A DNA stretch of 44,078 bases, from contig JBDRFG010000015.1 in NCBI GenBank assembly GCA_043819135.1, positions 1 to 44,078 of the forward strand, in the 5' to 3' direction. The stretch's first letter is position 1, and the number at the start of each line of letters is the position of its first letter. The position numbers and the translations under genes are program-made. Under the pieces are notes generated by a model, which was not told the origin of the DNA, did no database searches, and saw only the letters and a program-made list of their open reading frames with translations. Below, piece after piece: positions 8,961 to 17,919 of this stretch. Origin of the DNA: Candidatus Eiseniibacteriota bacterium (GTDB taxonomy: Bacteria; Joyebacterota; Joyebacteria; Joyebacterales; Joyebacteraceae).

Positions 8961-10919
8961 TCACTCGGTTACGAACCGACGCACCCAGTAGGGCCGGCTG
9001 ACGGGACACGAATTCAAAATGGTGGGCCACCCGACGCTTGAGAGCTCCTCGCGGTCCGCGAGTTCCATTTCGAAGAACGAGTGGACGGCGCCGGCATAGA
9101 CGGTCTCGCCCCCGCCGAGATTCGCCGTCACGTAGATGATGTCCGGAGTGCCGACCGCGTTCTGCAGGATCCGACCGGTGTCCGGATCCTCGTACGCCAC
9201 GGCCGACATCAGCACGCAGCCGAGCTCACCCGGCCTGCGCGTGCTCTCGCTCCCTGCAAGACGCCCCAGACGCTGTGCGAAATCGCCGAGCGCGACGCCC
9301 GGCGCGCCCGGGTCGCCGTTCGCCAGTATCTCCGATGAAGCCTGTTCGAGCAGAGCGAGAACGTCGACTAACTCCGTGATGTGGGCGTCAATGGTGCCGT
9401 CCAGCAGGTAGTGCTCCCACATGCGGTCTCTCAGGTTCTCGAGAAGCTCCCGGAGGCGCGAGTACAGCCCCGGGTAGGGCTCGACCAGCGCGGGCGCTCC
9501 CCCGCCGCCGGCCGGCGCGCGGACCGGCATCGGGGACAACACGCCGTCCGCCGCCTTGTATCTGATGCCGGCCCAGGCAGCACTTCCGGTAGAGACCTCC
9601 TTGAAGCCCCACGCCGGATTCCTGATGAAGTCTGGGGCGCCGTCCGCCGGCGGGCGCACGAGCTCCGACAAGCAGTACAGCCAACCCCAGTAGAGGTCGC
9701 GCGTCCAGTCTCCGTACGTCTTGGTCTGGAGGTCTCGCTCGATGGACTCGTAGCTCCGGCGATAGACGCTGTCGTCGAGGACGTCGCTCTCGTCCAGAAG
9801 GGACCGCGCAGCGGTCGAACCCAGGAGCGACATCATGTCGAGCGACGTCGGGAGCGGCCTGTCCTCGGAACCCGCCAGGAGTCCGAAGTACTCGGTCGCA
9901 GGAGGGAAGTTCCTCGGCAGGAACCTCATGCCGCGCAGTTCGTGCGTCTGGACGTGGCTGGGGGCCATCTCGGAGACTCTGTCGACGAACGCCACCAGCA
10001 GCGACTCGCTCGCCGTCGCGTCGCGCTCGAACTCGGGTCCGAAGACCTCGTCGGCGAGTTCCATGTAGTCGGCGACCGTCGGGTCTCCGGCCCCGCCGTA
10101 GTAGAAGGTCAGCGGATAGCTGATGTGCTCCCACAACTCGAACCACTCCCCTGCCTCGCTCCCGAGAGCTCTAGCGACAAGAAGCGCCTGCACGGTCAGC
10201 GTGTAGTCCTCGACGGGCCTCTCGGGCAGGGCGAACGCCATCCTGCTGTACCAGGTGAGAGCGCGGTAGTAGCGGCCGAGGCGCTCGTTCGCGGCGTAGT
10301 GCCCCAGGGGCACGTAGTGGGTGTAGTCCTCGCCCGGGCCTACGACCTGATCGAGCGGGGTCGGTCCCATTATCGGCGAGATCCCCACGCGGTCCGCCGC
10401 CTCGATGAGCTCGAGTTCGCGTTCGACGAGTCCTCTGGCCGACTCGGGGGGGAAGTAGTCGGGGTCGAGCAGGCTCAGCCCGACGCCGAAGAAGGCCAGG
10501 TTCCGACGTGCGGCGTCCTTGACCGTCGGATCGACCGCGCGCAGGTAGTCGTACTCAAGGAGGCGTACCATCTCTCGCGACAACTGCTGCAACCTGTCGT
10601 AGAGATGGACCTCCTCGATGGTGCGAAGTGTCCTGTCTATCAGAAGGTCGGTGACGCGAAGGACCGAGTCGGCCGTGATGAACACGGGCATGTCGCGCTC
10701 CGCGAGAGAGGCGTATGCCTCAGGGAAGTCCCCGCTTCCGCCGGGCACCACAACGAAGCCCCGCTGCGAGAGCAGCGCGCGCGCCTCGGCGCTCAGCCCA
10801 AGTTCGCCGGACCCCGGTCCCTGCGCGGCGGATGCCGTCGGGATCATGGCGACGACCAGCAGGATCGCCAGACAGGCTTTCGTGCGCGGGCGTGGTTGCA
10901 GCTCGCGAAATGACGCCAC
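8961..10919 (-). CDS. DUF3160-like secreted protein
   Basis: Signal peptide (...ILLVVAMIPTASA); PVFITADSVL, EDYTHYVPLGHY, RYYRALTW, VEPYP motifs. Start uncertain (10919 or 10943). Confidence 0.7.
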   Translation of the reverse strand: MASFRELQPRPRTKACLAILLVVAMIPTASAAQGPGSGELGLSAEARALLSQRGFVVVPGGSGDFPEAYASLAERDMPVFITADSVLRVTDLLIDRTLRTIEEVHLYDRLQQLSREMVRLLEYDYLRAVDPTVKDAARRNLAFFGVGLSLLDPDYFPPESARGLVERELELIEAADRVGISPIMGPTPLDQVVGPGEDYTHYVPLGHYAANERLGRYYRALTWYSRMAFALPERPVEDYTLTVQALLVARALGSEAGEWFELWEHISYPLTFYYGGAGDPTVADYMELADEVFGPEFERDATASESLLVAFVDRVSEMAPSHVQTHELRGMRFLPRNFPPATEYFGLLAGSEDRPLPTSLDMMSLLGSTAARSLLDESDVLDDSVYRRSYESIERDLQTKTYGDWTRDLYWGWLYCLSELVRPPADGAPDFIRNPAWGFKEVSTGSAAWAGIRYKAADGVLSPMPVRAPAGGGGAPALVEPYPGLYSRLRELLENLRDRMWEHYLLDGTIDAHITELVDVLALLEQASSEILANGDPGAPGVALGDFAQRLGRLAGSESTRRPGELGCVLMSAVAYEDPDTGRILQNAVGTPDIIYVTANLGGGETVYAGAVHSFFEMELADREELSSVGWPTILNSCPVSRPYWVRRFVTE

Positions 10920-11046
10920 TCCGACCCCCTTCCGAAGTTCCACGGACGCGGACCGGACTGCAAGCAGTCTCCCGTGCTCCGCGCCGCTGCGGAGCAGACG
11001 GAAACGTGTCGTCCATGCTCCGCGCGGTCATTGTTGCGGTCCGCGA

Positions 11047-11616
11047 CTAGGGCGACAGCAGCCCCTCGGACGCGGTGATCCAGAACGCCTGCGGTCGCTC
11101 GTCGCCGATGCTCTCGAACTTGTGCGGAGCGCTGCCCTTGAATTGGATGCAGTCGCCCTCCGACAGCTCGAAGCTCTCGTCGCCGACGGTCACTCGGACC
11201 TTCCCGGCCGTCACGAGCACGATCTCCTCGCCCTGGTGAACCGGACCGGAGACCTCCCCATCGGACAGTCCCTGGAACTGGACGACGCGCAGTCGCCCGG
11301 CGGGAATGCCCTTCGTGAGAAAGTCCACGGTCGCGATGCTCTTGTCGCCCTCCGTGATCGTCCGGTGCGGTCGCTCGTGCCGACGGACTATCGACACGGT
11401 GGGTAGCTCGTCCTCCTCAACGAAATACGTCGCGGACTTGCCGAGCGCTCTGGCGATTCGAAGTAGCGCCCCGACCGTCGGTGAGGTCCTGCCACGCTCG
11501 ATCTCCGAGATGTGCGTGGGCGACATGCCCGAGGAGTCCGCTACCTGCTTGAGAGTCATGCTCTTCGCCAGGCGCTCCAGCTTGACTCGTCTGCCGAGTT
11601 CAGCCTTGTCCAACAT
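11047..11616 (-). CDS. XRE-family HTH regulator with C-terminal cupin domain (PuuR-like)
   Basis: MTLKQVA...HISEIERGRTSPTV helix-turn-helix; HQGEE...GDCIQF...PH cupin; AGGAGG RBS. Confidence 0.9.
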   Translation of the reverse strand: MLDKAELGRRVKLERLAKSMTLKQVADSSGMSPTHISEIERGRTSPTVGALLRIARALGKSATYFVEEDELPTVSIVRRHERPHRTITEGDKSIATVDFLTKGIPAGRLRVVQFQGLSDGEVSGPVHQGEEIVLVTAGKVRVTVGDESFELSEGDCIQFKGSAPHKFESIGDERPQAFWITASEGLLSP

Positions 11617-11878
11617 GGTTCACCCCTCCTTTTCCCAACAACCCGATTCGACCCCAACCGCCTCCTATGCGAGGTGTGTACTCGGATGTGGCCCGGTAAG
11701 GCCAGCGTTGCATCAGTAGTACCTGGCCAATCTGACCCGTGGCGGGTCCTGTCCTGCGCAACTGCTCTTCCGCAACATCGCTGCTGTCGTCGGTGGTTCT
11801 CCGAGTGGTCACCGACTCGCAGCCGGGGAATGTCACGGGGCCTTCGCCATGGGAGCGCGCGCTCATTGGAGAACGCGC

Positions 11879-13063
11879 TCAACTGATCTCGATTCCCGCT
11901 CCTTCCTCGCTCTTCCCGCCCCCGATAGCGGGTCCATCGCACTCGCCCGCATGCGTCGCTCCACCGTTGACCACGGACTCGTAGACGTCGAGGATCCGCC
12001 TGGTCACTCGGCTCCAGGAATACTGACGCACGTCGCGTCTAGCAGATTCGACGAGCCTCCTCCTGAGTCCGTCGTCGTGAGCCAGCCTGACGATGGCCTC
12101 CGCTATGGAGTCGGGGTCGCCGCGGCGCACCAGAAGTCCGGTCGTGCCATCTTTGACAACATCTCTGTATCCCGCGATGTCGGAAGCCACCACGGCGGCG
12201 CCGGCGGCCATGGCCTCGATGAGCACTATCCCAAAGCTCTCCCCGCCCGTCGCCGGCGAGCAGAATACGTCCGCCTCCGCGTATTGCCGGGCGAGCTCCT
12301 CTCCCGACACGCGTCCCGCGAACACCACGCGGTCCGAAACACCTTCCGGCAGGTGCGACCTGTAGTAGCCGGACATCGGTCCGCTCCCCACGACAACCAG
12401 CCGCGCCCGGGGTACCTCACGCAGAATGCGAGGCAGTGCCCTCAACAGATACTTGGCGCCCTTCCGCGGCTCCAGCCGCCCGACGAACAGGACGTTGAAA
12501 TCCCTCCCGTCGCGAGCGCGGGCGGCGGGCGAGAACCTCTCGATGTCAACGCCGTTGGGAATCACCGTGTAGTCGCCGCCGAAATGCCTGGAGACCGTCC
12601 GCACGGCCGCGGCGGACACTGCTATCCTCGCGTCCAGCCTTGCGACGTAGTTCTCGAGGAGCGGCCGGAACAGCCTGTAGCCCAGAGCTCCGTCGTTGTT
12701 CGCGTGGAACGTACCCACGACGGGAACCTCCGCCTCGGCAAGGACGGCCAGGCACAGCCAAGGCATGAGCGGCTCGTGCAGGTGCAGGACGTCGAACCGC
12801 TCCGCCAGAAGCATCCTCCGCACCTTCCCTCTCATGCGCACATCGACGGCCACGGGGCAGATGGAGCCGTTCGCCGGAACCGGGACCGAGCGTCCGATCC
12901 TGACCACCTGCTCCTCGTTCGGCACCTCGCCCTGACCGAAGTTCGTCGTCACCACGCGGACGCCGTGCCCAAGACGCCCGAGCTCGACGCAGGTGTGGTA
13001 GACGTGCTCGGACACGCCGCCCGGATGGGGATGGTAGGTCGGAGTGACGATGCCTATCTTCAA
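11879..13063 (-). CDS. GT4 glycosyltransferase, PimA-like (phosphatidylinositol alpha-mannosyltransferase family)
   Basis: KIGIVTP...PGGVSEHV, HLHEP, VGTFH, IPNGVD, FVGRLEPRKG, GGESFGIVLIEAMAAG; TTG start overlaps the upstream TGA (TTGA). Confidence 0.85.
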   Translation of the reverse strand: MKIGIVTPTYHPHPGGVSEHVYHTCVELGRLGHGVRVVTTNFGQGEVPNEEQVVRIGRSVPVPANGSICPVAVDVRMRGKVRRMLLAERFDVLHLHEPLMPWLCLAVLAEAEVPVVGTFHANNDGALGYRLFRPLLENYVARLDARIAVSAAAVRTVSRHFGGDYTVIPNGVDIERFSPAARARDGRDFNVLFVGRLEPRKGAKYLLRALPRILREVPRARLVVVGSGPMSGYYRSHLPEGVSDRVVFAGRVSGEELARQYAEADVFCSPATGGESFGIVLIEAMAAGAAVVASDIAGYRDVVKDGTTGLLVRRGDPDSIAEAIVRLAHDDGLRRRLVESARRDVRQYSWSRVTRRILDVYESVVNGGATHAGECDGPAIGGGKSEEGAGIEIS

Positions 13064-15330
13064 GACCGTCCTCCCGCGGTGCCCCAGATGGGTTGGAGCA
13101 TGCACCACTGGTCCGGGTAGCGAGCGATGTACTTCTCTATGATGCTCGCAAGTCGCTGAGTCTGCGCCGCGACGTCAAACTCCCCGTCCTTCGCGACGTC
13201 AGGGGCAAGCGGCGCCTCTATGTGGCTGACATAAGTGCCGTCGGGCTGCCGGATACAGAACCCGGGCACGATGGGTGTCCCAAGCTTCATCGACCAGTAC
13301 GCGGCGCCTCTGGGAAACATGGTCTTCTCCCCGAAGAACTCGACCTCGACACCGTCTCCGTCGATCAGGCGCTCGCCAACCACGAGTACCACCTCGTTCC
13401 GCCTGAGTGCCCGAGCGATGCCCAGCGGCTTCCCGAGCGGGATGACCTTGATGCCGCGCCGCTCGCGCATGGACGTGACGGTACGATCGGACGCTCTCTT
13501 CGTCACCGGCTCGACGATGGCGGAGAGCTCGGGCAACTCGCCCGTGTCCACCAGGGCCGCGCCGCCCATGTCCCAGTTGCCCAGGTGCGCCGTCACGAGG
13601 AGCGCGCCCTTGCCGCCGCGGAGCGCTTCCTTCAGATTCTCGAGCCCCTCCGTTCGCACGATCTCCGCGACCTTGCCGCGCGTCCTCCCGTTCAGCCCGA
13701 AGAAGTCTGCCCAGTAGAGGGCGTAGCTCTTGAACATGAGCCTTGCCAGCGCCTTGACCTCCGGGCTCTCGGGGGATTTCCCTATCACACGGGAGCCGTT
13801 CTCACTGGCCCCTCTCCGCTTGTCGGACATCACGACGAAGGCGACGCCCGAGAGCACCGACGCCAGCCAGTAGCTGACCCGTCTAGGCAGACTGGACGCC
13901 AGCGCTGAGCCCGCCCTTAGCAGCGGATACGCATTGAGCAGGTTGAGCTTCGACGTGTCCGCAAGAAGCACGAGCGAGAGCGCCGAATAGGCCACGCTCG
14001 CCACGCCGAGGATCATCAGCAGACTCCTGGGACCTATGATGTCGACGGTGATGCCTGACGCGATTCCCGCCACGCCGAACGCCGCCTTGCTGGCCATCTC
14101 GCGGAACCCGAAGGCCTTCCCCACGGCCTCGCTGGGCATGTTCTCCTGGAGGATCGTGTCGCAGGTGACCATAGTCGGCGCTATGATGAGACCCAGCACG
14201 AATATCCACGCGCCGAAGACAGGGATCGAGCCGACCGACGAGAGGATCAGGATGACGACGCCGGACGCGAGAAAACTGACCGTGATTATCGCCCGCCTTG
14301 GGATCCCGTGGAGGAACTTGCCCACGACGAGCGACCCCACCAGCATGCCGATGCCGCCGACGGAAAAAAGCATGCCGACGTCGGCCGCTCCCAGGCCGAA
14401 CTCGTTCCTTACGAGCACCGGACACGCGATCAGCACGAACCCGGCGACCAGCATGACGGCGGAGAAGGAGACCGTTGAGTAGACGACCAACCGGTTCCCC
14501 TGCATCAGTCTCACGCCTTCCTTGAGGTCAGCTACGAGACGATGGTAGGCGGACCCGATGACCTCGGCCTCCTCCTCGAGAGGAGCGGCGATCTCGCGGC
14601 CCAGCTTCGCCGCACCGTCCGCCAGTTCAGAAGGCGAGTGAGACTTGATGGCCTCCCTGGCCGTCTGACCGAGGGCGTGCCGCCGCGCGGCGTGCTCCGT
14701 CTGGCGTGCCTCTCTCATCTCCGACACGCTCTTCAGTGTGATGAAAGACGCCAGCACCGCGGACACGACGTAGGTGCCCGAGTCCGCCAGGAATCCCGCC
14801 TTGAAGCCGAACCGCTCGACGAGCAGACCACCGCCCCACGGGCCGAGCATGACGGTCGCCATCATGGCCACGTTCAGAAGGGAGTTTGCGGCCAGGAGTC
14901 GGTCGCCCGGAACGAGCTGAGGGATCGCCGCAGTTCTGGCGGAGAGGTAGAAGCGGTTGACCGTGAACACGATGAAGACGATCACGTAGACGGTGACCAT
15001 CGATTGGGCGAAGAACGGTATGGCCGCGACGAGCACCGCACGCACCACGTCCGAGATTATCATCATCTTCTTGCGAGAGAGCCGGTCCGCATAGACGCCC
15101 GCGATCGGACCGAAGATGAGAACCGGAGCACTCGCAAGGAGGAGGATCTTCGAGAACTCGAGGCCCTTGATTGCGCCTGCGCTCATGAAGAATATCAGCG
15201 CGGTGAGCGCCATGAGATTGAGATGGTCGCCCAGCTGTGAGGCGAGCGTGCTCGCCCACAGGAGCGAGAAGTTCCCGCTCTTGAACAGACTCAGGAGTCC
15301 CCTTGCGTTCGTGTCTCTCGTCTCGTCCAC
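13060..15330 (-). CDS. MFS transporter fused to a lipid A lauroyl/PatA-family acyltransferase
   Basis: About aa 1-460 form a 12-TM MFS (GVYADRLSRKK motif A, LAANSL). C-terminal domain has GLENL...GKGALLVTAHLGNWD, FFGE...FPRGAA and PDQWCMLQPIW. One open frame of 756 aa. Confidence 0.85.
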   Translation of the reverse strand: MDETRDTNARGLLSLFKSGNFSLLWASTLASQLGDHLNLMALTALIFFMSAGAIKGLEFSKILLLASAPVLIFGPIAGVYADRLSRKKMMIISDVVRAVLVAAIPFFAQSMVTVYVIVFIVFTVNRFYLSARTAAIPQLVPGDRLLAANSLLNVAMMATVMLGPWGGGLLVERFGFKAGFLADSGTYVVSAVLASFITLKSVSEMREARQTEHAARRHALGQTAREAIKSHSPSELADGAAKLGREIAAPLEEEAEVIGSAYHRLVADLKEGVRLMQGNRLVVYSTVSFSAVMLVAGFVLIACPVLVRNEFGLGAADVGMLFSVGGIGMLVGSLVVGKFLHGIPRRAIITVSFLASGVVILILSSVGSIPVFGAWIFVLGLIIAPTMVTCDTILQENMPSEAVGKAFGFREMASKAAFGVAGIASGITVDIIGPRSLLMILGVASVAYSALSLVLLADTSKLNLLNAYPLLRAGSALASSLPRRVSYWLASVLSGVAFVVMSDKRRGASENGSRVIGKSPESPEVKALARLMFKSYALYWADFFGLNGRTRGKVAEIVRTEGLENLKEALRGGKGALLVTAHLGNWDMGGAALVDTGELPELSAIVEPVTKRASDRTVTSMRERRGIKVIPLGKPLGIARALRRNEVVLVVGERLIDGDGVEVEFFGEKTMFPRGAAYWSMKLGTPIVPGFCIRQPDGTYVSHIEAPLAPDVAKDGEFDVAAQTQRLASIIEKYIARYPDQWCMLQPIWGTAGGRS

Positions 15331-15363
15331 CTGCTCCCCTCCGACCGCCGCGGCGCGACGCCG

Positions 15364-15705
15364 CTAGGCCGCTCCCCCCGCCGTGCCGGCGCTGGTCCCG
15401 GAACCCGCTTCCATCTCGGAATCGTAGGTGTCAGCGGCTCCCGAACCCGTCGCCATTGCCTTCCTCAGGGCGGCGACCAGCCGGTCGACCTCCCTCACCT
15501 CGAGACCCTCGGATGACCGCCTCCTCAGCCGCTCGAGCAGGGACTGAAGAAGGGTGACCACAGTGATGTCTTCGCCGGACACCTTCTCCACGACAGAGAT
15601 GAACTCGCCGCCGATGACCAGTTCGGAGACGTCACGGAGGGTGATCGCCCTGCCCTCGCTGGCGTCATAGAGGCGCCTGTTCGCGTGCTTGATGATGGCC
15701 CTCAA
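15364..15705 (-). CDS. PhaR-like regulator (PHB accumulation N-terminal DNA-binding domain)
   Basis: IIKHANRRLYD...ITL.DV..LV..GE...V....SGEDIT...L matches the PhaR/PHB_acc_N pattern; GAGGAGGAG RBS and TTG start. Confidence 0.85.
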   Translation of the reverse strand: MRAIIKHANRRLYDASEGRAITLRDVSELVIGGEFISVVEKVSGEDITVVTLLQSLLERLRRRSSEGLEVREVDRLVAALRKAMATGSGAADTYDSEMEAGSGTSAGTAGGAA

Positions 15706-15753
15706 GGTGACTCCTCCTCAGGTACGTCGTCTCTGAATTCGCCTGCGCGTTCG

Positions 15754-15796
15754 TGCACTGCACCATTACTCTAGTGACGCAGCACTACTGCGTCAA
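15754..15796 (-). promoter_or_regulatory. Promoter TTGACG-N17-TAGAGT overlapped by palindrome TGACGCAG-N5-CTGCGTCA, plus a TGCACTGCACCA PhaR-type box
   Basis: Perfect 8-bp inverted repeat at 15775-15795 covers the -35 and spacer. TGCACTGCACCA (plus strand) at 15754-15765 lies just downstream of the -10. Confidence 0.65.
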
Positions 15797-15912
15797 GCGG
15801 ATTCGACACTATAGTGTGTAGTCGCTCATAATGTCCGGTACACACACGGAGGCGAGCCGGGCACGACCCCCTGATACCTGTAAATCAGCGCTACAATTGC
15901 TCTGCGCTCCCT

Positions 15913-17901
15913 TTACTTGCCGCGGCCGCCTCGTTCGAACAGAGGCCAGATGCTCCACACAAGCGTCATCGTCAGGGCTCCGAATGCCACGAGCGCGACG
16001 ATCCCCGCCCAGTTCCCCGCCCAGTCGTGTCCGATATTGATGAAATTGTAGAACGCGCCCGTCACTCTGGTCGCGGCGCCCACGGGATCTCCGGCGGCAA
16101 GGAGCTTCTCGCTCTGGACCGACGAGTTGTAGAGAGCAGCCACTATGATGCCCATCACGCCGCCGCCCGCGATCAGACCCGACCCGTAGAGCACTCCCCT
16201 CTCTCGCAGGCGGTGTCGGAGATCCGACTCCTTGACGCGCTCGGTGAGCTGCCTGACGATCCCGCCCACCATGATGGGGGTCGAGAGACGTATCGGAAGG
16301 TAGAGCCCCACCGAGAACGGAAGTGACGGGATGCCCAGAAGCTCTATGCACGCGGCAATGAAGACACCGATGAAGACGAGCGTCCACGGCAGCGACATCG
16401 TCAGGACACCCTTCACTACCATCGACATCAGGACGGCCTGAGGAGCGGGCAGCTCCTCCGACCCGATCCCGTAGACCCGGTGCAGGAAGAAGACGACCCA
16501 GCCTATGACGAGAGCCGACGACAGGACCCCGATGATCTCGCCGTACTGCTGAAGACGCGGCGTCGCCCCGACGAGGAATCCGGTCTTCAGATCCTGCGAA
16601 GTGTCGCTGGCGATGCAGACGACCGCTCCCACGGTGATGGCCCCTATCATCCCGGCCTGGCCGGTCCAGCCCAGCCCGAGGAAGATCAGGCTCGTGGCCA
16701 GTAGCGTGCCTATGGTCATGCCGGACGCCGGGTTCGACGTGCTGCCCACCAGTCCCACGATGCTCGAACTGACGGTGACGAAGAAGAAGCTGAACACGAC
16801 TATCAGGATGGCGCCAACGGCGTTGACGGGGATCTGCGGAAGGAGCCAGGCCAGCACACCCAGCCCCAGGGCCCCCGCCATCACGTACTTGACCGGGAGG
16901 TCCAGCGCGGTGCGCCTGACTCCGGTGCTGCCGCCCGCGCGGTCGCGCGCTACCTCCTTCACGCCGGAGCCGAACGACCGTACCATGGTCGGAATGGCCC
17001 TGATCAGCGTCACGAGCCCGCCGAACGCGACGGCGCCGGCCCCGATGTATCTGATGTAGTTGTTCCAGATATCGGCCGGGCCCATGTCCCTGATGAGAGT
17101 CGTCGCCGGGTAGAGCGGCTCCGAGAGCCCGCTTCCCATCATCTTGATGATGGGAATGAGAACGAGCCAGCCGACCGCGCCGCCCGCGAGCATGATGCCC
17201 GCGATCCTCGGGCCGATGACGTAGCCGACCCCAAGGAGCGCTGGCGTGATCTCGCCGCCTATGCGCGCGCCCCTGATGCCGCGGATGTCCCACTCCGGCT
17301 TGTAGCTCCAGAGCTCCATGCCTTCCATGATGAACTTGTAGAGCGCCCCGATGCCGACGCCCGCCATGACGCGCTTGACCATTGTGCCGCCGTGGTCGCC
17401 GGCGACCAGCACTTCCGCGCACGCCGTTCCCTCGGGGTACGGGAGCCTGCCGTGCTCGCGGACTATCAGATGCTTCCTCAGGGGGATCATGAAGAAGACA
17501 CCCAGGAGCCCGCCGACAACGGACAGAACGAAGATCTTCGAGAGCTGAGGCATAAACCCGAGCACGATGAGCGCCGGGATCGTGAATATGACGCCCGCGG
17601 CCAGCGACTCGCCGGCCGAGCCCACGGTCTGGACCATGTTGTTCTCGAGCACGGACGAGCGCCAGAACTTCGACACGGCGATGGCAATGACCGCCGCGGG
17701 GATGGACGCCCCGACAGTGATGCCCACCTTGAGCCCGATGTATGCGTTCGCCGCTCCGAAGACGATGCCGACCAGTATGCCGACGATGACGGCGCGCAGC
17801 GTGAACTCGCGCATCGTCTCGTGGTGCTCGACGTAGGGCGTGTAGCAATCTCCCTCGCACCCGCCGTACGCTTCCTCTCCCAGCCGCTTCTTCTCGCTCA
17901 T
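15913..17901 (-). CDS. OPT-family oligopeptide transporter
   Basis: EFTLRA, NAYIGLKVG, ENNMVQT, LPYPEGTACAEVL, SNPASGMTI, QDLKTG, LPAPQA. Confidence 0.93.
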   Translation of the reverse strand: MSEKKRLGEEAYGGCEGDCYTPYVEHHETMREFTLRAVIVGILVGIVFGAANAYIGLKVGITVGASIPAAVIAIAVSKFWRSSVLENNMVQTVGSAGESLAAGVIFTIPALIVLGFMPQLSKIFVLSVVGGLLGVFFMIPLRKHLIVREHGRLPYPEGTACAEVLVAGDHGGTMVKRVMAGVGIGALYKFIMEGMELWSYKPEWDIRGIRGARIGGEITPALLGVGYVIGPRIAGIMLAGGAVGWLVLIPIIKMMGSGLSEPLYPATTLIRDMGPADIWNNYIRYIGAGAVAFGGLVTLIRAIPTMVRSFGSGVKEVARDRAGGSTGVRRTALDLPVKYVMAGALGLGVLAWLLPQIPVNAVGAILIVVFSFFFVTVSSSIVGLVGSTSNPASGMTIGTLLATSLIFLGLGWTGQAGMIGAITVGAVVCIASDTSQDLKTGFLVGATPRLQQYGEIIGVLSSALVIGWVVFFLHRVYGIGSEELPAPQAVLMSMVVKGVLTMSLPWTLVFIGVFIAACIELLGIPSLPFSVGLYLPIRLSTPIMVGGIVRQLTERVKESDLRHRLRERGVLYGSGLIAGGGVMGIIVAALYNSSVQSEKLLAAGDPVGAATRVTGAFYNFINIGHDWAGNWAGIVALVAFGALTMTLVWSIWPLFERGGRGK

Positions 17902-17919
17902 TGAGACTCTCCTGGCATC

